The position numbers and the translations under genes were made by a program. From the NCBI GenBank assembly GCA_049967475.1, contig JBMFSQ010000014.1, forward strand, positions 1 to 56,257: a stretch of DNA of 56,257 nt. Reading direction: 5' to 3'. Of the stretch, positions 28,637 through 36,721 are shown in pieces. The notes beneath the pieces were generated by a model. That model ran no database searches. It saw only the letters and a list, made by a program, of their open reading frames with translations, and was not told the DNA's origin. Source of the stretch: Chthonomonadales bacterium (GTDB lineage Bacteria > Armatimonadota > Chthonomonadetes > Chthonomonadales > CAJBBX01). Every line of letters begins with the position of its first letter. Within the stretch, counting starts at the first letter, position 1.

Positions 28637-29026
28637 CTACTTGAGGCTCGATAGGTACGCTACGAGCGCCTTTAATTGGGCATCATTAATCTTCTTGGCG
28701 TCGTAGGCGGGCATATGCCCCTTGGGATTGACCTTCTTGGGCGTGCGGATCACTGCCACCAGCTTCTGGGTGTTGAGGCTCTTTCCCACGTGCGTGAGGT
28801 TCGGCCCCATCTTGCCGCCCTTGTTGCCGACGGTGTGGCAACCGCCGCATCCATTGCTCTCGAACACTTTAGCGCCTTGGGCGATGAGGCTCTTGGCGGC
28901 AGGGGCTTTGCCCGGTGCTTTCTTGCCGCCCTTTTGGCCGGGAGCGCCCAACGCAACCGACGTCAAGGCCAGCAACATTGCGCCGCTGAGGATGAGGAGG
29001 GCGGCGCGCCAGTGAACAGATACCAT
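28637..29026 (-). CDS. Monoheme cytochrome c
   Basis: Signal peptide, CGGCH, GPNL and distal Met in HMPAY. AAAGGAG RBS. Confidence 0.92.
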   Translation of the reverse strand: MVSVHWRAALLILSGAMLLALTSVALGAPGQKGGKKAPGKAPAAKSLIAQGAKVFESNGCGGCHTVGNKGGKMGPNLTHVGKSLNTQKLVAVIRTPKKVNPKGHMPAYDAKKINDAQLKALVAYLSSLK

Positions 29027-29410
29027 CTGCGCACTCCTTTCGTTCGGGGCGTTTTGAGCGGTGCCCCATGCTGAGTTGATGAGCCGGGCGGGCGAGGCTG
29101 AGATGCCCGCTTACCGTGTAGATGCATTGCACGGTGCTGCGGGGACGGTGCTTTCGCACGCTGCAAGCGGTCAGAGAGCCGGCTGCAACACCCGCTATAC
29201 CCTAATACGATGCGATCCATAGAATTCCTGCATCCAGCCGGCGGACAATTAACGAGCTGCGAATGCGGCTGAGATGCGCCCATGGCTCTCCACTCCGGCG
29301 GTTGCCCGGCCGGTGCCTCCATACGGGGGCGTGGCGGGCCGGGCAAGTCGGGTGCCGATGGGTGGAGTGCTCCTTGATGTGTCCATCCGGTACATCCATC
29401 ACTCCGCGCA

Positions 29411-29632
29411 TCAGTGCGACGCCTTTGAGGCGGCCTCTTGCAGATGGGCTCCCCAAAGGTGCATGCGCACGTAGCATGCCACTCTGCCGTCCAGGCTTGC
29501 GGGCAGGACGTCCTCTTTCTCCATGTACACTTCGCGGCCGGTACCGAGCTGTTTGTAGATGCCCGGCGTCACGCGCTCTCCTGCGAGGAAGAGTTCATCC
29601 GCGTACTGGTCATTCTCCGGTTGCAGCCACAT
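29411..29632 (-). CDS. Small hypothetical protein
   Basis: GGAGGT RBS before MWLQPENDQ. Protein-like composition (ELFLAGERVTPGIYK..LPASLDGRVACY). Confidence 0.7.
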   Translation of the reverse strand: MWLQPENDQYADELFLAGERVTPGIYKQLGTGREVYMEKEDVLPASLDGRVACYVRMHLWGAHLQEAASKASH

Positions 29633-29875
29633 AGTTTGGGTACCTCCGTTCATTCGGCATAGTCCTGGATCCTTGGCCCAGGTGCGGGCCTTTGCTGTTA
29701 CCTTCTACGCCCGAATGGAAAGCGATGTGCGCCTGCGGGGGACCGTAGGTACCAAACGGCGGATCAGATGACCGTTTCGGGCGATGAAGGACGTGGATGT
29801 GGGAACGTATGTTTGGCCAAACCCTGTAGAGTAGGAGAAGAAGCCTTGCCTTGCTATGGGTATCGGTGGCGAAGG

Positions 29876-30637
29876 ATGGTAACGGCCCTAATAGCGGATG
29901 ACGAGCCTTTGGCCAGGAGCTACCTGCGCTCCCTTTTGCAGGAGCTCGGCGTTACCGTGATCGGAGAGGCTGAAGACGGCCTCCAGGCTCTGGAGCTTGC
30001 GGGGAACCTCAAACCCCAGATGCTGTTTCTGGACATCCGCATGCCGGGTCTGGACGGATTGCAGACGGCCTCTGCTGTGGTACGGGCCGAGAGCCCTCCG
30101 TTGATCGTTTTTGTTACCGGGTACAGCGAGCATGCGGCGACGGCATTCGAGCGGGATGCGCTGGATTACGTTCTCAAACCGGTCACGCTGGAGCGCCTCT
30201 CACGCACGGTGGAACGTGCCCGCCGTCGTTTGGAGGACCGCGAAGCGCGTCGCACGGCGCGCAAAGAGATTTTGAGGCAGGCTGCACAATCTCCGCGGCT
30301 GGCCCGTTTGCCGGTTCGGCGCAATGACGAGATACGCCTCATCAAGGTGCAGGACATTCTCTGCGCGGTCGCTGCGGACAAGCGCGTACTCGTGCGGACC
30401 GCGAAGGAGGAACTGCCTACCGGGTACACCCTGAAGCAGTTGGAAGTGCTGCTGCCTTCCGACCGCTTCTTGAGGGTCCATGAATCCGCTTTGGTACGCC
30501 TGGACGCCGTGGAGTCTGTTCTGGTACTTGGGGATCATACCTACGAGGTTCGCTTGGTGGATCGCACCCGCCTTCCCGTGAGCCGGGGACGATACGCGGA
30601 ACTACAGCGGAGGCTGGGTCTTGCCCAAGCGGGGTAG
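29876..30637 (+). CDS. LytTR-family response regulator
   Basis: IADDEPLAR, FLDIRMP, DYVLKP and FLRVHES. Confidence 0.93.
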   Translation: MVTALIADDEPLARSYLRSLLQELGVTVIGEAEDGLQALELAGNLKPQMLFLDIRMPGLDGLQTASAVVRAESPPLIVFVTGYSEHAATAFERDALDYVLKPVTLERLSRTVERARRRLEDREARRTARKEILRQAAQSPRLARLPVRRNDEIRLIKVQDILCAVAADKRVLVRTAKEELPTGYTLKQLEVLLPSDRFLRVHESALVRLDAVESVLVLGDHTYEVRLVDRTRLPVSRGRYAELQRRLGLAQAG

Positions 30638-30667
30638 CTGCACTCCGTGAACGTCAACGGCAATTCG

Positions 30668-31705
30668 TCAGCCGCTGCGGGAACGCCGGGACGGGGCCAA
30701 GTTCACCAGGACCGCTGTCAGGATAAGACCTCCGCGGACTACGTGCTGCCAATACTCGCTGATATTGAGCAGGGTCATTCCGTTGAGGAGTACACCCAGG
30801 AAGATGACGCCAACCAGCGTGCCTCGGGCGGTCCCCGCTCCACCCATGAGACTGGCTCCGCCGATGATAACGGCCGAGATCACGTCTAGCTCCCAGCCCT
30901 GCGCTGTGGTGGCGGATCCAGACATTATCTGAGAAGCCTGCATCACTCCGCTGAGGGCCGCAAGGCAGCCGACGATCGCCATTACAGCAATCTTGGTGCG
31001 ATGGACGAGAATGCCGCTGAGCCTGGCGGCCTCGAAATTGCCTCCCACAGCGTAGAGAGCTCTTCCGAAGGCCGTCTTTTGCATCAGGATGTGTGTACCC
31101 AGGAACACGGCCATGAACACAATGGCCGGGAACGGAATGCCGACCAGATACCCTCCGCCGATGAAGTTGTACCAGTCCGGGAACGGTGTAAGAGGAAAGC
31201 CGTTGGTGATGAGTTCCGCAGCACCTTTGAGTACGGTTAGCCACGCCAGGGTAGAGATGAACGTAGGAACCCGATAGCGTACCCTCAACCATCCGGTGAT
31301 GCATCCCACCACCGTTCCAACGAACAGGGCTGCCGTGATGCCCGCGGCGACGCCGGCCGCAGGCGGCAACCGCAGAGGTTGGCCAGACGCCCATCCCACA
31401 ATCCAGGCGGCAAGGCATCCGGAGAAGGCAACAGCGCTCCCGACGCTGAGATCAATCTCGCCTGCGATGATGACCATGGTCATCCCGAAGGCGATGATGC
31501 CCTGCATGGACACGCTGCGCAGAACGTTGAGGAGGTTATCCCGCGTGAGAAAGCCTGGTGCACGCCATGCCAGGGCGATGCAGAGGACCAGAAGCACTGC
31601 CTCGAGCGCAGAAGGCTGCAACGGAAAGCGTGTCGCTGCTGGGCGCGGAATGTCGTCCCGCGTGTTCGCACCGTTGCGGTTTAGCGGGAGCCGCTTGCGA
31701 TCCAT
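30668..31705 (-). CDS. Monosaccharide ABC transporter permease (RbsC-like)
   Basis: GEIDLSVG, AVGGNFEAARLSG and ELDVISAVIIGG. Confidence 0.93.
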   Translation of the reverse strand: MDRKRLPLNRNGANTRDDIPRPAATRFPLQPSALEAVLLVLCIALAWRAPGFLTRDNLLNVLRSVSMQGIIAFGMTMVIIAGEIDLSVGSAVAFSGCLAAWIVGWASGQPLRLPPAAGVAAGITAALFVGTVVGCITGWLRVRYRVPTFISTLAWLTVLKGAAELITNGFPLTPFPDWYNFIGGGYLVGIPFPAIVFMAVFLGTHILMQKTAFGRALYAVGGNFEAARLSGILVHRTKIAVMAIVGCLAALSGVMQASQIMSGSATTAQGWELDVISAVIIGGASLMGGAGTARGTLVGVIFLGVLLNGMTLLNISEYWQHVVRGGLILTAVLVNLAPSRRSRSG

Positions 31706-32700
31706 TTCTGTAGCTGCGTCCTGAAGGCGGTCACGCCTGCCGGATCCTTCCGCGTTAGCAGGATGCCTTCCATGGACACGATCTTGGGCACAGGCTCCTT
31801 ACGAAGAACTTTGAGGGCGTATTGTACAGCGAGCCTGCCCACTTCAACGGGCCGCTGGCTGGTGATGGCCTGGAGGATGTTATCCGGCGAGAGGAGGAAA
31901 TCCAAAAGCTGTTCGCTGGCATCGGTTCCGAACACGGCGATCTTTCCCGCTTTGCCGGCGTTCTTGACTGCCATGACGGCTCCGATGGTGCCCCCTTCAT
32001 TGGCGGCCCAGATGAGGTTTATCTCGGGGTGGGCGGTAAGAATATCGGTAACGACGCGCACGGCTTGTTCCGGCAGCCAGGCATCTTGTTTGGCCACGAT
32101 GCGAACCCCTGGAAGGTCGGCCACTTGTTTGAGGAAGCCCTGCGTGCGCGCTTTGCTTTGCTCGGGAACCTCGCTATCAAAGGCAATGATGGCTAGGTTC
32201 GCCTTTCCCCCAAGGGTCTGCTGGATATAGCTTCGTGCAGCCTTGCCGGTTTGTTCCCCAAGGTTGCCGGCGTTGCATTCGATGTAGGAGGATTGCACGT
32301 CGCCTTCTACAGGCGTGTTGTCTGCGATGATCACGACGCCCTTCTGCTTGGCCTGTTTGAGGGCAGCGACGGATCCTCTTTGGCTGAGAGGCGAAATGCA
32401 GATGGCGTCCACGCCTTGGGCTGCGTAGGTGTTGACGAGCTCGATCTCCTTCTCCGGTTTGTTCTGACTGTTGGCTTCCAGCAATTCCACGCCGGCTTCT
32501 CGAGCGGCCTGGCGCATTCCGAAAAGGACCAGGCGGAAGAACTGATCCTCTTGGAAGACGATGCCCGCGATGCGGATGCGGCGGGTTGAGCTTGGGGATG
32601 GGCCGGATCGGGGAGCGCACGCTGAAGTAACGATCAGAGCTGCGGCGAGAAGCTGAGCTGTGACGCGGGCAGCGGTGGAGTGGGTGTAGCCGGCAAACAT
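31681..32700 (-). CDS. Sugar ABC transporter substrate-binding protein (RbsB-like)
   Basis: Signal/lipobox-like TSAC and a periplasmic-binding-protein fold pattern (WAANE, VFGTD). AGGAGG RBS. Confidence 0.9.
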   Translation of the reverse strand: MFAGYTHSTAARVTAQLLAAALIVTSACAPRSGPSPSSTRRIRIAGIVFQEDQFFRLVLFGMRQAAREAGVELLEANSQNKPEKEIELVNTYAAQGVDAICISPLSQRGSVAALKQAKQKGVVIIADNTPVEGDVQSSYIECNAGNLGEQTGKAARSYIQQTLGGKANLAIIAFDSEVPEQSKARTQGFLKQVADLPGVRIVAKQDAWLPEQAVRVVTDILTAHPEINLIWAANEGGTIGAVMAVKNAGKAGKIAVFGTDASEQLLDFLLSPDNILQAITSQRPVEVGRLAVQYALKVLRKEPVPKIVSMEGILLTRKDPAGVTAFRTQLQKWIASGSR

Positions 32701-32773
32701 AGGCATCCTCCTTGGGGCAACAAGATCCTTCGGCAGATTACGCCTTCGGTTCCCCACTTCCTGCCAAGGAAGC

Positions 32774-32812
32774 AAAAAGAGCCGGAGACCTCATGAGGCC
32801 CCCGGCTCTTTT
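32774..32812. terminator. Rho-independent terminator downstream of the cold-shock gene
   Basis: AAAAAGAGCCGG...CCGGCTCTTTT. Confidence 0.85.
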
Positions 32813-32832
32813 ACGGGTATTCGGTTTCGAGG

Positions 32833-33042
32833 TTACAGCACCACGACGTTTGCCGCGCGCAACCCCTTGCCGCGAGGGTCGTTCTCTACGTCGAACTGAA
32901 CTTTCTGTCCTTCGTAGAGTTCACGGTAGCCGCTGCTCTGGATTGCGCTGAAGTGCACGAAAACGTCTTCACCGCCATCTTGCGCGATGAAGCCGAAACC
33001 TTTGGTGGCATTGAACCATTTGACCGTACCGGTCGTAGACAT
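32833..33042 (-). CDS. Cold-shock protein (CspA family)
   Basis: GTVKWFN..KGFGFI and DVFVHFSAI. Confidence 0.97.
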   Translation of the reverse strand: MSTTGTVKWFNATKGFGFIAQDGGEDVFVHFSAIQSSGYRELYEGQKVQFDVENDPRGKGLRAANVVVL

Positions 33043-33199
33043 GTTGGATCCTTCCTGAACCGTTGTGAATTGTGTTTGCGGCATTCGACGAGGACGTAGC
33101 GGTTAGGAGGGCAACCAACCGGCATCTGCGCGGGGGAGCATCCAAGCGGCTAAGACTCTCGCGGCCTAACACGGCCCCTCTTGACGGGGCAACGCTTGT

Positions 33200-33228
33200 A
33201 TCATACCATACTCTACAGGTTTATGCAA
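33200..33228 (-). promoter_or_regulatory. sigma70 promoter of the csp gene, giving a 5' UTR of about 150 nt
   Basis: TTGCAT-N17-TATGAT with extended TG. Confidence 0.65.
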
Positions 33229-33390
33229 ATAGTTTTTCCGCAGGAGGCGGCTTCGCTCCTGCGATCTCACATTGATTTGACATGCGCCGAGCGATGTGTT
33301 ATCCTTTGATGTTGGTTCGGATCCTTTGCGGAACGCGGGCCACCCTGCAGAAGCGGCTGGTTCTTGCCGAGAATGGATACGGAAGCGATG

Positions 33391-33496
33391 TAAAGGGCAA
33401 ACCCATAGAAATGTGGGGGCGCAAAGCCTTGGGCCTACCGGCGGGCTTAGGATGCGGAATATCCGGGAGTGCCGCCCATGGCTGCCAGGTTGCCGT
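33391..33496 (+). ncRNA. c-di-GMP-I (GEMM) riboswitch
   Basis: GGCAAACCC-ATAGAAATGT-GGGGGCGCAAAGCC-TTGGGCCTAC...ATGGCTGCCAGGTTGCCG matches the GEMM P1/P2 consensus. It lies in the 5' leader of flgM. Confidence 0.85.
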
Positions 33497-33552
33497 CCTT
33501 TCGAGTAACGGCTGTATCCTGATGGACAGCCGCATCGAGAAGGAGGCACGGC

Positions 33553-33861
33553 ATGAAGATTTCCCTTCAGGAAGTTGAGCGCATCCTGCGCACGCAGGAG
33601 GTAATGCGCTCGCCCCAGCGTGATCCCGCCTCGGCCGGCGCGCCGGAAATATCTACCCCGTCAGGGGCTGCCACGGTAGAGATATCGGCACACGCCATCG
33701 AGTTGTTGCGCGCCCGCAAGGCCGTGGAGGAAGCTCCAGATGCGCGTGAAGAGCTGGTAGCAGAATTGAAGGCGAAGATTGACAGCGGAACGTACAACGT
33801 CACCGGCGAGGACATTGCCGACTTGATGGTGCGGCGCGCGTACGCCGACCGCATCCGCTAG
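33553..33861 (+). CDS. flgM: Flagellar anti-sigma28 factor
   Basis: VEIS..REELVAELKAKIDSGTYNV..IAD. AGGAGG RBS. Confidence 0.9.
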   Translation: MKISLQEVERILRTQEVMRSPQRDPASAGAPEISTPSGAATVEISAHAIELLRARKAVEEAPDAREELVAELKAKIDSGTYNVTGEDIADLMVRRAYADRIR

Positions 33862-33880
33862 GTCGTTTGAGATGCTGGGC

Positions 33881-33908
33881 ACGGGGGGCCGCACGGCCCC
33901 CCGTTTTT
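33881..33908 (+). terminator. Rho-independent terminator
   Basis: ACGGGGGGCC-GCAC-GGCCCCCCGT followed by a T run. Confidence 0.85.
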
Positions 33909-34070
33909 GCAGGTCGGTTCGATACGCCGGCAGAGCTTGGGTCCCTGTGCACACGACGTCGGGTCCGCCGTTGCGGCCGAAGTTCCTTGTGTGGGATGCA
34001 GGACCGGGTCCACCTAGTGTTCAATAAGCTCTACGGAGAGGAACAGCCGCCGGTCGGGAGGCAGTGCCAC

Positions 34071-34856
34071 GTGGGAACCGTGTATGCTGTTGTGAACCAG
34101 AAGGGCGGTGTGGGCAAGACTACTACCGCAGTAAACGTTGCAGCCGCGGCTGCGGCTTTGGGCAGGAAGGTGCTTTTGGTGGACCTGGATCCCCAGGGGA
34201 ACGCCACGAGTGGGGTTGGGGTGCCAAAAGAGGGTAAGGATCGACCCCGCACTACGGCGTACGATGTGCTCCTGGGGCAGGCGCAGCCGCAGGATGCCAT
34301 CATTTCGACCCGCATCAGCGGTATGGACCTGCTGCCGTCGAACCTGGATTTGGCCGCCGCAGAGGTCGAGCTGATGCCGCGACTTGCACGGGAGACCATC
34401 CTGCGTTCGGCGCTGGCAACAGTAAAAGAGGATTACTCCCTGGTTCTGATTGATGCTCCGCCATCATTGGGCATCCTCACCATCAATGCCATGGTGGCTG
34501 CAGATGCTCTGATCATTCCGATCCAGTGTGAGTACTATGCGCTGGAGGGGGTCAGCCAGCTCATGAAGATGGTTGAGATGGTGCGCCGGGCCGTGAACCC
34601 CGGTCTGCGCATCCCGTTCGTTGTGCTGACGATGTACGATCCCAGGGCGCGGCTAAACCAAGAAGTTGCGGAAGACGTGCGTCGGGCTTTCGGCGATTGC
34701 GTGCTGCAGCGCCCCGTACCCCGCAACATCCGCATCGCGGAGGCGCCCAGCCACGGGGTTCCGGTGACGCTCTATGACCCCCGGTGTCGTGGGGCATTGG
34801 CATATGTGGAGATGGCGAAGGAGGTGCTGCGAGATGCAGAAGCGGGCGCTGGGTAG
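34071..34856 (+). CDS. parA: Chromosome partitioning ATPase ParA/Soj
   Basis: NQKGGVGKTT, DLDPQGNAT, QCEYYALEG and AEAPSHG. Confidence 0.95.
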   Translation: MGTVYAVVNQKGGVGKTTTAVNVAAAAAALGRKVLLVDLDPQGNATSGVGVPKEGKDRPRTTAYDVLLGQAQPQDAIISTRISGMDLLPSNLDLAAAEVELMPRLARETILRSALATVKEDYSLVLIDAPPSLGILTINAMVAADALIIPIQCEYYALEGVSQLMKMVEMVRRAVNPGLRIPFVVLTMYDPRARLNQEVAEDVRRAFGDCVLQRPVPRNIRIAEAPSHGVPVTLYDPRCRGALAYVEMAKEVLRDAEAGAG

Positions 34857-35736
34857 AGGATTGGAGGCATTGTTGGGCTCGCCGGCGGGCAGTGATGTTG
34901 AGCCGGCCGTAATGGAGGTGCCCTTGGAGCAGGTGCACCCGAACCCGTATCAGCCCCGCCGCTCGTTCGACCCGGCGAAGCTCATAGAGATGGTTGCATC
35001 GGTCCGCGAACATGGCATCCTTCAACCGGTTCTCGTGCGTCGTGCGAAGGACGGCCGATATGAACTCATTGCCGGCGAGCGGCGAGTGCGCGCGGCCAGA
35101 GAGTGTGGCCTAAAGACCGTTCCGGCCATCGTGCGGGAGTACACAGACGCTCAGATGCTTGAAGTGGCATTAATCGAGAACCTTCAGCGTGAGGACATTA
35201 CGGCGATTGAAGCTGCGTATGCTTACAAGCGGCTTCGAGACGAGTTTGGCCTTACGCAAGAAGAGATCGCCAAGCGCGTGGGAAAATCTCCGTCGGCTGT
35301 CGCCAACACGCTGCGCATTCTGGGTCTGCCGCAGGCGATCCAGGATGGTCTCGCTCGCGGAGAGATCACCGAGGGTCACGCCCGGGCCCTTCTTCAAGCC
35401 CCTCGGGAGGCTCAGGTGGATGCCTTCTTGGAAGTGAAGCGGCGGGGTCTATCGGTGCGTGAATGTGAGCGCCTGACGCGAGCTTTGAGTGCGCGCAAGC
35501 CAGCGCCCCCCGTGCGGCGGGATTTCGAGGACCAACCGTTCGTCACGAACGCGAACGACGCGGCGGTGATGGAGGTTCTTCAGAGCACCCTGGGCACGAA
35601 GGTGTTCATTCGGCGGATGCCGAGGGCCGGCCGGATTGAGATTGAGTTCTACTCCGAGGAGCATCTGGAGGCGCTGGTCGAGCGGATCCTGCGCTCTGAT
35701 GGACGCTTCCGTAGTGGAGGTCCGCTCCAATCCTGA
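34834..35736 (+). CDS. parB: Chromosome partitioning protein ParB/Spo0J
   Basis: LGRGL, PNPYQPR, GERR, ENLQRE and an HTH. Confidence 0.95.
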   Translation: MQKRALGRGLEALLGSPAGSDVEPAVMEVPLEQVHPNPYQPRRSFDPAKLIEMVASVREHGILQPVLVRRAKDGRYELIAGERRVRAARECGLKTVPAIVREYTDAQMLEVALIENLQREDITAIEAAYAYKRLRDEFGLTQEEIAKRVGKSPSAVANTLRILGLPQAIQDGLARGEITEGHARALLQAPREAQVDAFLEVKRRGLSVRECERLTRALSARKPAPPVRRDFEDQPFVTNANDAAVMEVLQSTLGTKVFIRRMPRAGRIEIEFYSEEHLEALVERILRSDGRFRSGGPLQS

Positions 35737-35744
35737 GCACGATG

Positions 35745-35760
35745 GGTTTCACGTGAAAAC
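35745..35760. promoter_or_regulatory. parS-like site
   Basis: GGTTTCACGTGAAAAC, 13/16 match to TGTTTCACGTGAAACA, just after the parB stop. Confidence 0.75.
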
Positions 35761-35835
35761 CTCGCCGGCACACAGAACCTGTAAGCAAGGGACGATCCAA
35801 GAGCGAACCAGCGCGTAAGCCGGCACGGTACCACC

Positions 35836-36582
35836 CTAGATGCCGAGCGCACGGGCGTGAAACAAAATCTGCTCCTGCACGCGCTCATCCCAATACGCCC
35901 AATTGTGCTCCCCTGGATACTCCGCGTACGCATGCGGAATGCCCAGATCCAAGAGATGCCGGTGAAATGCGCGGTTATCCTCTAATAGAAAATCTTCTGT
36001 GCCGCAATCTATGCGAATACTTGGGAGATGATCCCGGTCCGCTGCAGCAGCCAAGGCGAACAGGTCGTTAGGCCCACCGACCGGATCTGGCCCAAGAATG
36101 CGCCGCCATTCCGATGCGAGTGCTTCGTCTGAAGCTGGAACGCGGTGGCCGAATGCCACGGCTCCGGAATGGCTGGCAGCCGAGCAGAACATGTCGGGAT
36201 GCTTCAACGCAAGCCCAAGGGCTCCATACCCTCCCATGGAAAGCCCACCGATGCACCGGCCGGACCGCTCGCCGCGGGCGGGGAACGTTCTGTCAATAAA
36301 ACCGACAAGGTCTCGAACGATCGCCGTCTCGTACGCATAGCCCTCTGCAGCGTCACAATAGAAACCACGCCCGCCGTTTGGCATCACCACCATCAATGGC
36401 AGCCCTTCCACATATCGCTCGATGGATGTTCGGCGCAGCCAGATTGTGTGGTCATCCGACAGGCCATGAAGTAAGTAGAGAACTGGGAATTGCCTGCGCC
36501 CCTCACCTTCCGGGATGATTACATATGCAGCAGTCTGCATGCCCAACGCTGGGCTGAAATAATGAACCTCGCAGAGCGCCAT
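35836..36582 (-). CDS. Esterase (CE1 / S-formylglutathione hydrolase-like alpha/beta hydrolase)
   Basis: LYLLHG, GLSMGG, DCGTED and GEHNW. Confidence 0.92.
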   Translation of the reverse strand: MALCEVHYFSPALGMQTAAYVIIPEGEGRRQFPVLYLLHGLSDDHTIWLRRTSIERYVEGLPLMVVMPNGGRGFYCDAAEGYAYETAIVRDLVGFIDRTFPARGERSGRCIGGLSMGGYGALGLALKHPDMFCSAASHSGAVAFGHRVPASDEALASEWRRILGPDPVGGPNDLFALAAAADRDHLPSIRIDCGTEDFLLEDNRAFHRHLLDLGIPHAYAEYPGEHNWAYWDERVQEQILFHARALGI

Positions 36583-36721
36583 AACTTCCTCCCTCCTGGC
36601 GTTTGCCGTTCCATCCGCCGCCCTAGGCATCGCCTTAGCGTCTCCCAAGGAATTCGCCACCGGCCTGTCGAATTCATCCACACATCATAGCCTGCCCGAT
36701 GTACGAGGGGACACCATCGCG

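Noticed and set aside
33340..33375. sigma28 promoter for flgM (GCCGAGAA)
   Set aside because: The -10 is plausible but there is no convincing -35, so it is too weak to call.
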